Below the pieces are notes generated by a model. It made no database searches. It saw nothing but the letters and a program-made list of their open reading frames with translations, and was not told the DNA's origin. A DNA stretch of 64,000 nt from Camelus ferus. Its lineage: Eukaryota. Position 1 is the first letter of the stretch; each line of letters begins with the position of its first letter. Both the position numbers and the translations under genes were made by a program. Where the stretch lies: NCBI RefSeq assembly GCF_009834535.1, contig NC_045707.1, forward strand, positions 52,950,001-53,014,000, in the 5' to 3' direction. Of this stretch, positions 47,290-59,830 are shown piece after piece.

Positions 47290-48620
47290 CCTGCCCTTTT
47301 TTTGGTATTAAGTACATTCTTGATGTCATGCAGCCATCGTCACCATCCGTCCATCTCCAGAACTCTTTTCATTTTGTGAAACTGAAGCTCCGTATCCATT
47401 AAACAACTCCCCATCCCCCCCCACCTCCAGCCCCGGGAACCCCTGCTGTCATTATCTGTCTCTGGTTTTGACTATATTCTATGAGGGTTGCCGCACTTGA
47501 GTGGAATCATGCAGTTATCTGTCCTTCTGTGATGGGCTTATTCCACTGAGCTAATGTCCCCAAGCTTCATTCATCCATACTGTAGCCGGTGTCGGGATTT
47601 CCTTTCTTTTTTGTGTGGTGGGGGGGGTTGCTTCCTTAGGTAGTAAGGGGGTTCCTGAGCACCTGGAACATCCTCCCGCCTACTTTATCCTCCAGTATTT
47701 CCTTCTGGTCTTCCTAGAAACCTTCCTTTCTTTTTGAGGCTTAATAACATTCCATTGTATGTGTATACCATTCATTTGTCTATTCATTCATCCTTCAGTG
47801 GACATTTGGGTTGTTTCCACCTTTTGGCTATTGTAAATATTGCTGCTGTGAACACAGCTGGACATTTTTTAAATTGAAGTTTTTATTGAGAGAACCATAG
47901 ACTCACATGCAGTTGTAATAATATAGATAAATAACATGGAAAGATCCAGTGTGTGCTTTACCCAGTTTCCTCCCTTGGTAGCATTTTGCAGAACTGTATT
48001 GCACGATCCCAGCTGCGATGCTGACGGCGGTACAACCATCGACCTTATTCGGTTCCCCATGGCTTTACCCGCAGTCCTTTGTGTGTAGTTGTGTGATTTT
48101 ATCACAGTGTAGGCACCTGCCTCCTCCACCACAGTCCAGCTAGAGGACAGTTAGTCCTGTCACCGCAAGGGTCCCTCCAGTTGCCATTTCCTCCGTGTTT
48201 TCCTTCGCCTGATCCTTAAAGCACTCATTTGTCTGGCATTCTAAAATTTTATCATTTCAGAAATGTGGAATCATATGTACTTAACCATTTGCGATTGCCT
48301 TGGGATCAGTTCAGCTGAATTCTCTGGAGGTTCATCCAGGCTATTATGTGTATTGTGATCTTTCCTTTTTTCTTTCTGAGTCGTACTCCATGCGTGGGTG
48401 TAGGACAGTTAACCGTTCACCTGGGGAAGGACATCTGGGCTGTTTCTGGTTTCCAGTGTTAATAATAAGGCTATGTGAACGCTGTGGACAGGTGTTTGTG
48501 TAACCACAAGCATCCCTGTCTCTGGAATAAGTGTCTGGGAGAGCAGTTGCCAGGTGGTGTGGTGATTCGTGTTTTGCTTTCTGAGGGACTGGTGGACGTT
48601 CCAGAGTGGCTGGGAAACAC
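47290..48620 (-). mobile_element. LINE-1 3' fragments (L1MB/L1MC-like), antisense
   Basis: catctccagaactcttttcat..gtggaatcatgcag..ggacatttgggttgtttccaccttttggctattgt; ORF 48344..48748 carries QKQPRCPS..MEY. Confidence 0.78.
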
Positions 48621-50424
48621 CCGCTGTCACCAGGGACACTTAGAAGAGAAAGCGGCCTTCTTTCATGCAGGTCCGTGGAGGCGAGGAGCTGGTCACGTTC
48701 TCGTCGTCGCACCCTGGTCAGCGCTCCCGGGCGGGGAGTTGTGCCCACAGCTGTCTTCGCGACAGCAGGGACCCTGCACCCCAGGCAGAGGGCCCAGCGA
48801 CTGCTGGGAGCCTCCTGGAGGCATTTTGAAAGCAGCTGTGATGTTTAGTACGGAACAAGCTTCGGAAATGCAGACTTCTGGAATATGCAGAAAGGAGTCT
48901 ATACCACGAGTTCTTGAGAAGCGTGTGCTGAACGCCTGTTGTTGCATGTGCTTTCTAGGTTTGGGGAGTTCCAGTGGGACTTGAAGAACCACTGTGGAAA
49001 AGCAACTTTTGCCAGTAAGGATTGTTCCAGGCAGGATGCCAGGGTGTTAGGAAGGGGCGATGTCGTGCAGTGAGGGGCTTCGCAGGTCTTCTGTGCTCTG
49101 TGCCTGCTCATGTGGTGAGGATGCTGGGCTCTTGGTTTAGGGAGACTGATGAACACTTGGTGGTACAGACGCCTTTGGCTCCGGTTGTCGGGGGTCCTGG
49201 GGGCTGAGAGGACCGTCAGGGCTGTGCCGTCTCGATGATTATGGCCCCCTCCCTTTGTGGCAACTCTTTCTCCTGCTGAACGTGGGGACACTGAGCGACC
49301 ATCCCTTTCCTCCGGGGGCCTTCCTGCCCATTCCCCTGGTCAGAGGAGCTGCAGCGGCCACGGCTGGTGGAGATCAGGGAGCGAAGATGGAGCCTCACCC
49401 CAGGAGCCTCTGCCTAAGGTCACCTGCTGTTTGCTGCTCAGATGGTCGTTGAGATACACATCCTTGTAGGTCGTGCTCTCAGCTAGGGCTGCACTTAAAC
49501 AGAAGGAGAAGCATCTCAAACGATTTTACATTTCTCAAACTTATGCTTTAAGCTGTGGTTTCCCACCCGCAGGTTGTCATCTGCATTACATGCTGGCCTG
49601 TTGCCACGTTGTCCTCCAAAAACTTCCATTTTAAAGTACTTGAGACACCAGAGCTGCAGTCTCTTCCACCTGGTTCTGCACCCCCTCTGGCAGCCGTGGT
49701 CCCCCGCCGCCTGTGATGTCACTTCATCTCTTGTTTCATCTCGTCAGATGCCTCCACGCTGGAGCTCCCAGGAGGGGATGGGTCCTTTTCCTGCCTCTTT
49801 TTTCACGACGGAGCCTCTTGATGAGTCTACAGTGACGTTTGACTTGGAGCTTGGGAAGCTGCAGATACTCCGGGCTCTGAGTTGTGCGCCCTGAGGGAGG
49901 TGGGAAGGGTGTGTGCCCCGTCCTACCACTCAGCCTAGTGACCCCTGCCTGATGGGGAGCCTGTCAGCGGGGCCGGTCTCTTCACTTGGCTCTCCCTGTG
50001 TCGTGTGGCGGAGATTTTCCTGTGAACCCTTCACTACAGCTCCACTATCACACCTGAAAAAGGTTACTCGTAATTCCTTGGTGTCATCAACCATCCTGTT
50101 AGTGGTCAGTTTTTGTTTTATCTCAAATGTTCGTTTTATTTTATCTCAAATGTTTATTTTATTTTAGTTTTTCTGAATTGGGATCTGAATGAGGTTCATA
50201 CATTTTGATAGCTTGCTAAGCACTTTAGTTTCTTTGGACATTTAGGTGCCCCTTCCATCCTTTCCCACCCTCTTCTTACTCTTGTGATTTTTTTGTTGAA
50301 GAAATGGTTTGTTTGTCTAGCACGATTTCCTACAGTCTAGACTTGGCAGATTGCACCCTCTTGGATTAGCTTAACATCTTCTTTGCTCCTGTAATGTGTG
50401 TAAGTTGGTAGTTGGAGGTGAAGA

Positions 50425-50810
50425 AGCGGCTCTCAAACTTCTTGGTCTCGGAACCACTCTGCACCCTTCAAAGTTATTGAAGACCTTGAAGAGTGTATTG
50501 CTGTTGGCTGTGTTTGAAACTTAATACGCCTTTTGTATGTCAACATTAAGTATTTTGTAATTATTTTCCAAAAAAACAAATTAGTGAGAAGGGTGGCTTT
50601 AGAAATACTTGTTTTGGCAAATCTCCGCACTGTCTTACTGGAAGACGGCTGCTTTCCTTCTCTTGTGCTGTTTCATGGTCGGAGCTTCTGAAGACTTCAC
50701 TGTGCGCCCCCGAGAGAAGGACAGTGCAGAAGCAGACACCGGCTCCGAGCTGGTGTGAACACAGCCTGGACCTCCAGGTCTCCGGGAAGCCAGGTCAGAC
50801 TGAGGTTCGA
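50425..50810 (+). mobile_element. Charlie1-like hAT DNA transposon remnant
   Basis: gcggctctcaaacttcttggtctcggaacc..aagttattgaagacc..attagtgagaagggtggc..gtttttggcaaatctc-like motifs. Confidence 0.5.
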
Positions 50811-51149
50811 CGCCGACACCACTGTGACCGTGTGAGACACGGTGCTGGTCCTTTCCCCAGAGGCGGTGGTGTCGGTCTGTCTCTTTTTGTCACATCAGCA
50901 GCTGTTGCTGATCAGGGCCCTCGATCGGGGCTGGCTCCTTCCCCTTGAAGGACCACGCGGTGAATATTTCCTCCTCTGCTCAGCTGTGCTGCTGTAGCGT
51001 GAAAGCAGCTAGGGACAGCATGCAAGGGAGCCCCGCTGTGTCCCAGTGACGTTTAATGATAGACACTGAGATTTGCATTTCATGTAATTTTCATGTCACA
51101 AAATATCACTCTTTACGTTTTTTCCCCACATTTAATATGTAAGAACCTG

Positions 51150-52690
51150 GGAATAAGAATCCTATCCCTCCCACTAACTACAGCGGAAAATGCTGGACGT
51201 TGTGCATAAAGCAAGCGTAAGAAGACCCTGAGACGCTGGCCGGGGACGGGGGACAGTGGGGCCTGACAGACAGCAGGCCTTCTTTTCACCTGACGTGTCC
51301 CAGACTTGGAGCTAAAGAGTCCGGCTGGCTGGAAACACCAGTGGGTGCAGACCAAAAAAAAGGTCCGACAGAAGACTGCTGTCTCTGGCCAGAGGTCCAG
51401 GAAAGACACCATCTAGCAAGACAAAAAACGTTTACACAAGAAATGCTTGACTTCAATCAAACACCCAGAAGAAACTGTGTCCCTTCCCCCTCTTGTGACA
51501 GCAAAATCCAGTCGGGTCCAGATGTTGTACTCCCCAGCTGGTGATCACTGCCCCTCCACTGCCACAGGGTCCATGGGGAAGTGTGGGGACGGGAACCCAC
51601 ATCCTGGCCCAGCAGTAATGAGGATGCCCCCACCTTGGGTGTCATGGAGGACAGATGGGGACCCTGGACCCTTCCTCCATCTGGCAGGGACAGGGGAGCC
51701 CCCCGGCAGAGAGAAGACAGAGGAAGGCAGTTAACACAGAGTTCAAATGAGATCCAGTCTCATAGCATAACATGAAGATGTGCACATTTCATTAGCGTCA
51801 TTTGTCATATCAAGAACCAGGAAGATCCTGAAGGGAAGAGACAGCTATTAGATATCAACACCAAGAAGACGGAACCGCCAGAGTGATCTGACGGAGATTT
51901 TAAAGCAGGTGTGATGAGAATGCTTCAGTGAGCCGTTGTGAAGATGCTTGAAACAAATGAAATAAGAGGTAAGATGTAAAAAGATCCAGATGGAAACAAC
52001 TGAAAAACGCAGTAACCAAATGAGAAGCTCGGTGGATGGGTTCAACAGGAGGGGACAGAGGGCATAAGCACTGAACTGGAGGATAAAGTGACAGAAATTA
52101 CCAAAGGGGGAGGGTATAGCTCAAGTGGCAGAGTGCATACTTAGCATGCACGAGGTCCCAGGTTCAATCCCCAGTGCCTCCTCTAAAAACAAACAAACCT
52201 ACTTACCTCCCCCCACCAAAAAAAAAAAAAAAACCCAAACTAAAAAACAATAATAAATATATATATATAAAAGGAATTACACAGTGAACAGCAAAGAAAA
52301 TAGCCTGGGGGAAAGGAGCAAAGCCTCAGGGACCTGAGGGACCACGCCCACGACATAACGTTTGTGTCGTCGGACTCCTGGAAGGAGAGGGGGAAGAGCA
52401 AGGCGTGAAAAGTGCTGGAGGATGGAATGGCTAAAGATTTTCCCAAATTTGCAAGAAACAAATCTACGGATTTATGAAGCTGAACAAACCAAAAACAGGT
52501 AAACCCAAAGAAATTCAGGCCAAGACACATCATAATTAAACTTTTGAAAACTAAAGACATTAAAAAAAAAAACCTTGAAAGCACCAGAGGAAGGTGACAC
52601 CTTAAGTTTATGGGAAGGAATTGGAAAGACAGCAGATTTTTCGTCAGAAACAATGGAGTCCAGGAGGAAGCGACACAGTGGTTTTCGGGT
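51150..52690 (+). mobile_element. Old LINE-1 5'/ORF1 region remnant
   Basis: atcaagaaccaggaagat..ggatgggttcaacag..tttcccaaatttg..gaagctgaacaaacc..aaacccaaagaaa..aagacacatcataattaaactttgaaaactaaagac-like motifs. Confidence 0.7.
52106..52272 (+). mobile_element. tRNA-derived SINE (camelid-type) with A-rich tail
   Basis: GGGGAGGGTATAGCTCAAGTGGCAGAGTGCATACTTAGCATGCACGAGGTCCCAGGTTCAATCCCCAGTGCCTCC plus acctacttacctccccc and poly-A. Confidence 0.92.
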
Positions 52691-55539
52691 GTTGGACCCT
52701 CACATCTCCAAAAGGGGGGCCTGAAAGGTCTTTTTTAAGGACCCTTTAGATCCCAGACTTCTCTCAGCTTCTGTCAGAAACACAGGCTGGCTTCTCCAGA
52801 TGCAGAGCATCTAGTTGAGAACTAGTGTTTGGAATTTGAAATTTTGGATGGAGAGAAGTGAGAAGTTAAAATGCCATCAGTGCTTCTGGAGCAGAGGTCA
52901 TGACTGATCTTCTCAGGGCTCGTGTCCGAGATTGTCCAGAGCTGGGCATGTCTGGCATGGCGTCCCCTGAGGACAGACTGGGCTGTCAGTGATGGCACGG
53001 GTCCTTGATGGCGACTATCTTGAACACCTGGTCTGTTTGTGCACTGCTTTGGGATTCATAAGCCGTTCTGTCTTGTCCCCCAGCCCCTACCTTTCCAGCC
53101 CCATTTGTGATGCATCTTCCTTCCCCCGCTGCCCCGGAGAGGTGTGTTCTGTGCTTTTAGGACTATTTCTGTGCTTTGTGAGGCCTTCCCAGTCTTCCGA
53201 GATTCGTTTCAGGAGGGATCTTTTTTCGGTGCTTCCTGGCAACCTGCCCCAGCTTGCTCACCCAGAAAGGTGACGCACGCTCCTCTCTCCCAGCCCCTGG
53301 TGCCCCGTGACTCCTGCCGTGTAAACCCTGCTGCATCATTTGTGAGGGCATGTCCCCATAGCTCCGCTGTAGACCTGGTCCCTTCAGGGAGATGACTGTT
53401 CTCCGTTCAGCCTGTGTTCCAGGATCTGGCAGCGACGCCTGGCGCCTGTTAGATGTCAGTAAGCGGATGAAAGACTTAGCATGATTGCCAACAGCCTCAC
53501 TTTCACGTTAGGGATTGAAGATTTGAAATTAGAAGATGTGCTCAGGGTGTGACGCCGACGCTGGAAGGAGCTGGAGCTTGAACTCTGGTGACTTGACTCT
53601 GGGGATGATGGTTTTCCGGCTGGAGGCGCTGGCCTGCGGGAGCCGGTGCACCCCCACCACGTTGCCAGGATGGAAGGAACCATGCGTGTTCTCTGAGTTC
53701 TGCTGATGGGATTGGTTGGAGAGGGATGAGAGCAGGCATGGAGGTCAGAGGCGTCACATCCGCTAAACTGCCCAGGCTCGGACCCCGGCTGCTCGCTCAT
53801 CCACCATGATCACCTGACTCGCCTCTGCTGCGTGTGCAAAGGCAAGGTGCTGGTGTCCTGTCTTGTGTGTCTGCCATGGGGTCAGACCTGTTTCTCCGTG
53901 TAAAGCATCAGAACAATGCCCAGCACATCACGCACTGTTGGCTGGTGTCATTCATGTGTGTTACTGAAAATGGAGAAACGCAGGTTTCCTTCATACGTGT
54001 GAAGATGTGACCTCTTAGCTCACAGGCCTGGGCCGTGTTTTTCAGACTTTCAACCTTGATCATTAACTCATTAGGGGACTGCAACATGGTGATGTTCTAA
54101 CGTTGCTGTTGAAGACATTTTGCATCTTAGCTGCCATACTTCTGAAAAGAGACACTTCCTTCTGGTGACTCTTGGTAACCTGGTGGAACCACGTGACAGA
54201 TGACACGTCTTTGCACGTGGCTCTGCCCGGGCCCCACTCCGTGTGTGCTGACCACACCCCGTGTCTCCTGCTGGACGTGAGCTCTGTGCCCAGGGAAGTG
54301 TGTGGTCTGTGGCGTCCGTGGTGCTGGGCTCCGTGTGCTTCCGTCCTACAAGGGCTCAGCTGGGGCTGAGCCCACGCTGTCTGAGCAGGGCTGCTCCTGA
54401 GCTCAGCCCAGCCCAGGTGGCCTCCGGGTGGCCTGCCGTGGGAACTGGCAGCACTTCCAGTCACCACGGAGCACAGTGTAGGGAGAGGCGCGACTGGGTG
54501 GCCTCCAGGATGTGGTTCTCGCATCCCTGGGATGTGGTTTTGAGAACATCTCCAGCCCAGGTCACCTGGCCAGCCGCAGGCTCCGGACGCCTGAACTCCC
54601 CTCAGGTCAACGTCCTCTCAGCCCCGGGCTCTCGGGGTAGGTGCAGAGACAGAGAAAAGGACGTGTGCTAACAAGCGTGTCATTAAAGAAGGACCAGTGA
54701 CGTTTGACTTATGCCTTCATTCCTGCTCAGATTTATGTCCTCGAAACTAAAGCCTTTGAATATAGGTTGAATTTGCCTGATTCCTCGGACTGGAGTTGAC
54801 TGCCTCTGTCTGTTATTCTAGTGGGAAATTTTAGAACAAAACAAATATTCATTCACAGCTTTCAGATTTTCTCATTCAGAGAGTGTGTGGGAAGGTCACT
54901 GCCCACATGAGAATTCACCGAGTCTCGTGGGTCCTCATGTGCTGTCAGAATGGTGCTTCCTTTGGAGCACAATGTAGCTTTTGTCACAGTGAAGCGTGTT
55001 TTGGGGACTTTGTGTAGCCTTCATTAGAATCTTGAGATGGAGTAATACATCCACCAAAAAATGAACAGCCCTTGTTTTAGGAGTGTGGGGAGTGATGCTT
55101 TTGTAAAAAGCCATTAACCCTTCGTAAACGTGGCTGAAGACTAGTTTTATGTTTTCAAAAATGAGTTTAAGAAAGTAAGAGCTTCAGCTCTGATTTGAAT
55201 CTGGAAAGTTCTGTTAGCACTTAGCCCATTTTGAGTGATTGAATATATTTATGTGATTGAGGATAATGATGAAAAAATATGTTAAAACATTTTTAAAGCT
55301 ACACATATAGGACATTAGGTTGTCTGTTTTATGAGACCAGAATTACAGTGATACTGCTTTGAAGCGGGTGCAAGGCTAATGTCTGAGATAATTTAATGGT
55401 GGTTCTGGACTTAATGTCCTGTTTTTTTTTAATGCTGGCTCACTCACAGCAGGGAGTGAGAGCTCTTGTATTCTGGGCATTGGCCAGACCTGCACCGAGC
55501 ACAGGACATCTGTAGATGTCTGTTTAAGGTGGTTTAGCC

Positions 55540-55734
55540 TTTTGTTTATTTATTTATCAAAAAACTTTTTTTAAACATTTTCTTTTTTTTAAGCTTTTTT
55601 TTTTTTTTTTGATGAGGGAGGCAATCAGTTTTATTTATTCATTCATTCATTCATTCAGTGGGCGTGCTGGGGATTGAACCCAGGACCTCGTGCAGGCTAG
55701 GCATGCACTCTACCCCTGCGCTGTACCCTCCCCC
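55540..55734 (-). mobile_element. tRNA-derived SINE with poly-T and (ATTC)n tail
   Basis: Same head on the minus strand; diverged TSD aaggtggtttagcc (55526) / gaggcagtttagcc (55735). Confidence 0.88.
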
Positions 55735-57995
55735 GAGGCAGTTTAGCCGTGTCACAGGGTGCGTGCAGGTCACAGTTGTGCGCAGGCTCCGTGACTGTCG
55801 CCGTCTTGCTTTAGACCTGGGTTTCCCAGCTGGTCAGTGCTTTCCTCTCTGGAGTGTAACTGGTGATGACAGGGCGCCGGTGAAATGCGGAAAGTGAGAC
55901 TTCGAGCTAATACAGAGCCCTCTTTGAATTTGACAAAAGGCAAAAAAGTTGCAGCAATTCCTCAAAATTTCAGAGGTCTGTTTTTTCCCACAGAGGTCAT
56001 TTTGGGACCGTGAGACCAGACTTAAAAAGAAGCCTTTTCCCAGCTGGAGCCCTTTTGATTTTTAAAGTGAGAAACACCCACGTCTCTTTCTGCTGATGCT
56101 CAGCTGCTTTCTGTGAAGGAGGAGGTGGCAGCGGTTCCAGACGGTAGAGGCGGGGGCAGTGGGCGAGGGGAGGGCTGGGGCGCGGGAACTTCGTGGAAAT
56201 GGAGTTTCTGTTGCTCCATCGGGATCCTGCGTCCCAGGAGGAAGCGTTGCTGGAGATTAGCTGAAGCGTTGCTGGAGATTAGCTAAACACGTGGGGTCAA
56301 AGTCGAAATTCCAGGTTGGATTTTTTGAATGCATTTTGATAAAGATCTTAAGTCCTGAGAATGCAACGTTGTCCAGCAGAGGCTCTGACACTTTTGGGGG
56401 CCATGTGTGTGTCCCACACCCACGTGACCACGCACAGCACACCATGGGCCCTCGCGAGGTGCATGTCAGGTGAGTACATAATGATGTGATATGTTTCATT
56501 TGGTATATCTGGGTTTTTTTCTGCTTTAGTGAAGTAGAGCTCTTTAAATATTTCCATAAAATAATACATGAATAAATGCTGATAAAGACCTTTCCAGTAG
56601 GCGTTAAGATAGATTTGAAGGCTTATTTCAACCTCATGTAATTTCAGGAATTCTGTGCAGACACAGGTTTTCTTCTCCTCCTGAGGGATCAGGGCAAGGA
56701 CAGTTCTCGAACGTGGGAGATGCTCTTCTGGACGAGTGAAGCCCCCAGGGGAATGGGTTAAACCTTTTACATCAAACGTTAACACTTTTTCCCCGTGAAC
56801 ATCCTCAGTTTCCATATTATCATACAGCTTCAGTACTGTTAGTCAAACTTCCAAGGGGAAGTGTTTTGGTAAAACTGACAGTTATCCTGAAGTTTCTTTC
56901 TTTGGAGGAATAAAGGGGGAAAAGTAGCAGTTACTGAAGGGAAGAGGTGGGCGAGGGGAGGGCCCGGCCACACTGGCTGGTTAAACATTGCAGGGCGTCA
57001 TGTGAGCTCTGTGATAGACAAGGCTTTCAGTGGGAAAACAGGCAGATCACCAATGTGGTGAGATCATTTGTTAGCAGTTAAGGGGGAAAATGTATAGCCT
57101 TACGTGACTCAGAAGAAATTCCAGATGGATAATATTTAATAGATGTTTATAGAATCAAGCCAGATAAACACTAAAGTAAAATAGAAACGAATGTTTGTCA
57201 GACTTCTAGAATGAGAAGTACTTTTTAAATTGAGAAGTTTTAGGAACAAATTACAAAAGGAAATATATATTTAAATAAGAATAAAGTAAACTGAAAATTA
57301 AAAACAAAAATCAGATTGGGAAAAAAACAGTTGCAACAAAAACAGTATGGAAAGCGTTGGTATTGTGAGTTGATCAGAATATGGAACTATTTGTGCGGGT
57401 ATAGGGGAAAGAACGTGAACGGAAAAAAATAACAAAGTACAAGCAATAAGGGATATAGGACTAATGTGCAAAAGTATAAAAATATTCAACGTGATGAGTG
57501 ATTCATCAAAGAAATGTATATTAAAGCAGAGATTATCCGCTGCCTTTAATATTAGCACATCTTGTTCAACACATAATTAGCTCATGTCGCTGATATAAGG
57601 GTAGATTACTAACATTTGTTAGGAAAATAATTTGGCCATATGTTATCAAGTCTGAAATGATTTATAACATGTAATCCGCAGTTTCTACTTCTGTAAATCC
57701 AACCTAAGAAAAAGTGATTCTGAATGTGAAGAGACTTTGGTGTAAAAAGATTTTGGCAGCATTATTTATACTAGTGGAAAGTTTGAAACTGTATACGTAA
57801 GTAATAGTAGAGGATCAATACCTGTTTAGTGGAATCATGTAGGTGTTTAAAATGACAGCTGTTAAAGCTTTGTAATGTCACGGTATCATGATCGCCTTTT
57901 CTAGTTAATAAAAAAGGCAACATGTGAAGTTATAAACATGGTATGATTACATCTTTGTCATATGTAAGCATAAAATGGCTAAAATTAAAAGAGCT

Positions 57996-58870
57996 TTTTT
58001 AAACAGCTTTTTTGAAGTGTAGTTTACAGTCCATACAGTCTACCCCCGTGGGTGTGCGAGGTTGCGTGTGTTTACGGTTGTGCGACAGTCACATCACCTG
58101 ATGAGGACATTTCCATCGCCCAGAAGCCCCTCACTCGTGCCTCTCGCCTGCAGCCCTAGACAGGCAGTGACATGTGTCCTGTCTGTGGACATGTGCCTTT
58201 CTGGGCATTTCACTCAAGTGGGGTCACGTTACGGAGACCTCAGCTCTTGGCTTCCTCCACTTGGCTTGTTTGTGAGGGTTTGATCAGGACCAGCTCAGTC
58301 TTCCTCCCATGTTTCTCCTTTTCTCCCAGGACCACCAGACTCCAGATGTGTGGTTTTTCCCACACCAGGCAGGTCTCGTAGACACGGGCTGGGGACCCAG
58401 CAGCTTCACGCAGTCCCGACACTCTGCCCACGGTGTAGAATGAAACATGTTTAAGTGCACTCTCCCCACCATCCTCCCCAGAACTCTTTCATCCCATAAA
58501 AATGAAACTGTACCCACTAAACAATAACTCTCCGTGCCCCCCAGCCCCAGCCCCAGCCCCAGCATCTGCTTTCTCTCTCGAGGCACCACGCGTAAGTGGA
58601 ATCACACAGGATCTGTCTGTGTCTGGTTTATTTCACTGAGTGTGATGTCCTCAGGGTTCATCCGTGTTGTAGCAGGTGTCAGACTTGCCCTCCTGTTTAA
58701 GGCTGAGTAATATTCCCGTGTGTGGATGGACCGCACTTTGCTTGTCCATCATCTGTTGGTGGGCGCTTGGGTTGCTTCCGCCTTCTGGCTGCTGTGAACC
58801 TGGCAGAGAAACAGCTCTTTCATTGTGGTTTTAATTTGCATTTCTCTAATGACTAATGATGCTAAGCATA
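57996..58870 (-). mobile_element. LINE-1 3' fragments (L1MB-like), antisense, GC-enriched
   Basis: Homologous to 43640-43990 (aactgtacccactaaacaataactc..aagtggaatca..aaggctgagtaatattcc..gatggacc). Confidence 0.8.
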
Positions 58871-59369
58871 CAAAGTGCTTTTAAAACTCCACATTTTAGA
58901 TTTTTCTTTAAACTCTTAACGTACTGTAGCTCTCACTGTCACCAAACAAAAAAGCAGTTTGAGAATCTGTGAGGAAGTGGCGTCGGGACTTCACGGGCTC
59001 CGGAGGGAGCTGACCTCAGTTTAAGGAGGTGCTGAAGTGAACATATTCGGTGTAAATAAACATCGTTTAATTTAGGTCGTTGCTGGTAAGTTTCTCATCT
59101 GTCGATTTTTAAATGTTGCTATTTTTCAGTTTTCTTCTTATTCCCTGGCGTTTCCCTTTTATGCTAAGAAATCAACGGGGCGGTTTGAACCCTTAGAGAA
59201 GCAGATTAGAGGCGCATGGTTATCCCGGTGAGAAGGCTGAACTCAGCAGCAGGTCCCGGCTTTCGCCCGGAACAGCTTGGCAGGTTATTTTAAATAAGGT
59301 GGTTTCATGGCCTGGATGCGGTTCCCGGCCTCGCTGGGTGGATGCTGTTCCTTCCTTGTGTGTGTGAGT

Positions 59370-59830
59370 TCCTTAGCACTTTCTGTCCACAAGATCGTGT
59401 TTTCTGCAAGTAGAGATAGTTTCACTTCTTCCTTCCCAATCTGAATGCTTTTATTTCTCTCCTTTTTCTTGCCAAAGTGCCCTGGCTGGACCTACCAGGA
59501 CGATGTTGAATAGAAGGGGCTTTTTTGTCTTGTTTCTGATCTGTTGGAAAAAGCTTTCAGTTTTTCACCATTAAGTATATCTTTTATTCCTGTGTTTTGA
59601 GTGTTTTCTTGGTAAAACAGTGCTGAAATCCTTTTTCTATACCCATTGAGAGAATCAGGGTTTTTGATTTTTGTCATTTACATTTTACACTGGTTGTTTT
59701 TTTTTAGATGTTAAACCAAACGCATCCCTGGGATAAATTCCACTTGATCGTGGCGAATAATCCTTTTTAGATGTTTGCGGTATTTTTTAGGAATTTTGAA
59801 GCTATATTCGTAATCATGGTGCTCTGTGGT
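59370..59830 (-). mobile_element. LINE-1 ORF2 fragment, antisense
   Basis: tctgcaagtagagatagtttcacttcttccttcccaat..gatgttgaataga..aaagctttcagtttttcaccattaagtat; ORF 59492..59677 carries ILNGEKLKAF. Confidence 0.78.

Noticed and set aside
52106..52182. tRNA-Ala(AGC)-like sequence with A/B boxes (also at 10472, 44220, 55658, 60838 and 62778)
   Set aside because: Multiple diverged copies with A-rich tails, several with target-site duplications and with imperfect stems; these are tRNA-derived SINEs, not tRNA genes.
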